A stretch of DNA of 62,759 bases, counting the filler. It is 10 parts of 10 records of this genome, joined end to end, with 100 filler letters (N's around TTAATTAATTAA, not from the genome) between each part and the next. Parts side by side here need not be neighbours in the genome. Positions count along the whole stretch, not along the records: positions 58,957 to 62,759 come from SRR20825010_1033; 9 more parts are not named here. One strand, written 5' to 3'. This document shows positions 61,501 through 62,759 of the stretch, one piece after another. The notes below the pieces were generated by a model. That model did not search any database. It worked only from the letters and a program-made list of their open reading frames with translations, and was not told the origin of the DNA. The first letter of the stretch is position 1. The number at the start of each line of letters is the position of its first letter. A program made the position numbers and the translations under genes.

Positions 61501-62379
61501 ATGGAAAACTGGGATGAAATCAGAACAGCGTATCAGGTGGCCCGTTTGGGCACCGTGAGCGGCGCTGCAGAGGTTCTGGGTGTACATCACGCCACGGTGA
61601 TCAGGCACATTGACGCATTGGAGGGACGGTTGGGCGTGAAATTGTTCCAGCGCCATGCCCGTGGCTATACCACCACCGAAGCAGGAGAGGACCTGTTGCG
61701 GGTGGCCCAGGCCACCGATGACCAGTTCAGCCAGCTTTCCGGCCGGATAAAGGGGCGCGGAATGGATGTTTCCGGCGACCTTGTGGTCACGTCTGTTGCA
61801 AGCCTGTCGCAAGCCTTTACACCGATGCTGGTCGCCTTTCAGCGGCAGTACCCAAAGGTCACAGTGCGGTATCTGACGGGGGACCGGCTGTTTCGGCTGG
61901 AATACGGCGAGGCGCATGTCGCCATCCGTGCGGGCACCATCCCGGACCAGCCCGACAACGTGGTGCAACCCATGACTTCCAGTTGCTTCGGCGCCTATGC
62001 CAGCCACGAATACGTCGCGGAATACGGACTTCCCCAGAGGCCGCAGGATTATTCCAAACACCGTTTCATCGGGCCGGACAATGAGGACAGCAGGGCACCG
62101 TTCTATGTCTGGTTGCGAGAGAACGTGCCGACAGAAGCGATCCGGTTTCGCTGTACGGACAGCGAAGCCGTGAATGCCGCTGTGCTGTCGGGGGCCGGGA
62201 TCGGCTTCATGGGCGCAGCAGAGGCGGAGCGACACCCCGATCTGGTCGAGGTCTACCCGCCGCGTGATGAATGGGCCGTTCCGCTCTGGCTGGTGACACA
62301 TGTCGACCTGCATCGAACGACAAAGGTGCAAGCCCTGCTGGCCTTCATCAAGAAGCGGTGTAATGAGGACAAACAGTGA
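61501..62379 (+). CDS. LysR-family transcriptional regulator
   Basis: MENWDEIRTAYQVARLGTVSGAAEVLGVHHATVIRHIDALEGRLGVKLFQR. Confidence 0.95.
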   Translation: MENWDEIRTAYQVARLGTVSGAAEVLGVHHATVIRHIDALEGRLGVKLFQRHARGYTTTEAGEDLLRVAQATDDQFSQLSGRIKGRGMDVSGDLVVTSVASLSQAFTPMLVAFQRQYPKVTVRYLTGDRLFRLEYGEAHVAIRAGTIPDQPDNVVQPMTSSCFGAYASHEYVAEYGLPQRPQDYSKHRFIGPDNEDSRAPFYVWLRENVPTEAIRFRCTDSEAVNAAVLSGAGIGFMGAAEAERHPDLVEVYPPRDEWAVPLWLVTHVDLHRTTKVQALLAFIKKRCNEDKQ

Positions 62380-62759
62380 GTCCGGGTGCGCAGGGTCACT
62401 TGGCCATGCTGGTATTTTCTGCGCTCGTCGCCGGGTCGTTTTCCCTGGGGGCGCTTGTTGCCAATGACATCGAGCCCACCGCGTTTACGGCGATCCGTTT
62501 CTGTCTGGCGGCGGTCGTTGTCGGGGCACTGGCCTGGCATCGCGGGTCCCTCTCACGATCCAGCTTTGCCGCGCCGTGGCGCTATTTGCTGCTTGGTGGT
62601 TTCTTTGCCTTTTACTTTGTCCTGATGTTCGAGGGTTTGAAGACCGCGCCGCCGGTCAGCGCAGCGGCGGTGTTCACCCTGGTGCCGGTCATGGCCGCCG
62701 CGGTTGCCTGGTTCATGTTGAGGCAAGTGCTGACATCCCGGCTGGCGCTGGCGCTGGTC
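62376..62759 (+). CDS. DMT/EamA-family transporter; 3' truncated (absent from the ORF track)
   Basis: GTGA overlap; MSPGAQGHLAMLVFSALVAGSFSLG...EPTAFTAIRF; frame open to the window end. Confidence 0.85.
   Translation, partial: MSPGAQGHLAMLVFSALVAGSFSLGALVANDIEPTAFTAIRFCLAAVVVGALAWHRGSLSRSSFAAPWRYLLLGGFFAFYFVLMFEGLKTAPPVSAAAVFTLVPVMAAAVAWFMLRQVLTSRLALALV

Overview
This window is not one locus. It is ten unrelated contig fragments joined by nine identical 100-nt synthetic spacers (N44-TTAATTAATTAA-N44), so genes on opposite sides of a spacer are not linked. The fragments look mostly alphaproteobacterial plus one Marinobacter-like gammaproteobacterial piece (taxonomy is inferred). (1) 1-5875: indole-oxygenase (iifBCD-like) genes converging on a sulfatase/TAXI-TRAP operon. 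(2) 5976-13856: tRNA-Leu fragment, malonyl-CoA decarboxylase, nnr, tRNA-His, two aminotransferases and sigma54/NtrC-type glnB-glnA. (3) 13957-19235: msbA-DUF374-waaA-lpxK-lpxL lipid A operon. (4) 19336-24242: paired acyl-CoA dehydrogenases and TAXI-TRAP. (5) 24343-32494: atypical CDF transporter, TTC38-like TPR protein, hemerythrin with an FNR box, a doubly frameshifted rhodanese and sufBCDSU-sufT-sufA. (6) 32595-45924: ccmFGHI, MoxR/Bat operon and NAD-glutamate dehydrogenase. (7) 46025-50930: TRAP plus beta-oxidation genes and Smr-HTH. (8) 51031-55134: taurine catabolism tauLM-tauXY-xsc with interspersed repeats. (9) 55235-58856: a lower-GC HsdR-N-like nuclease gene behind an att-like tRNA-Gln end, a DUF2793/C1q fibre gene and manC. 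(10) 58957-62759: SLC13 permease, azoR, LysR and DMT. No CRISPR array, rRNA or transposase was seen. The best candidates for novelty are the tRNA-Gln island edge with a stand-alone nuclease (possible defence gene), the His-to-Asp hemerythrin under an FNR box beside the SUF operon, and a CDF protein lacking its metal-binding residues.
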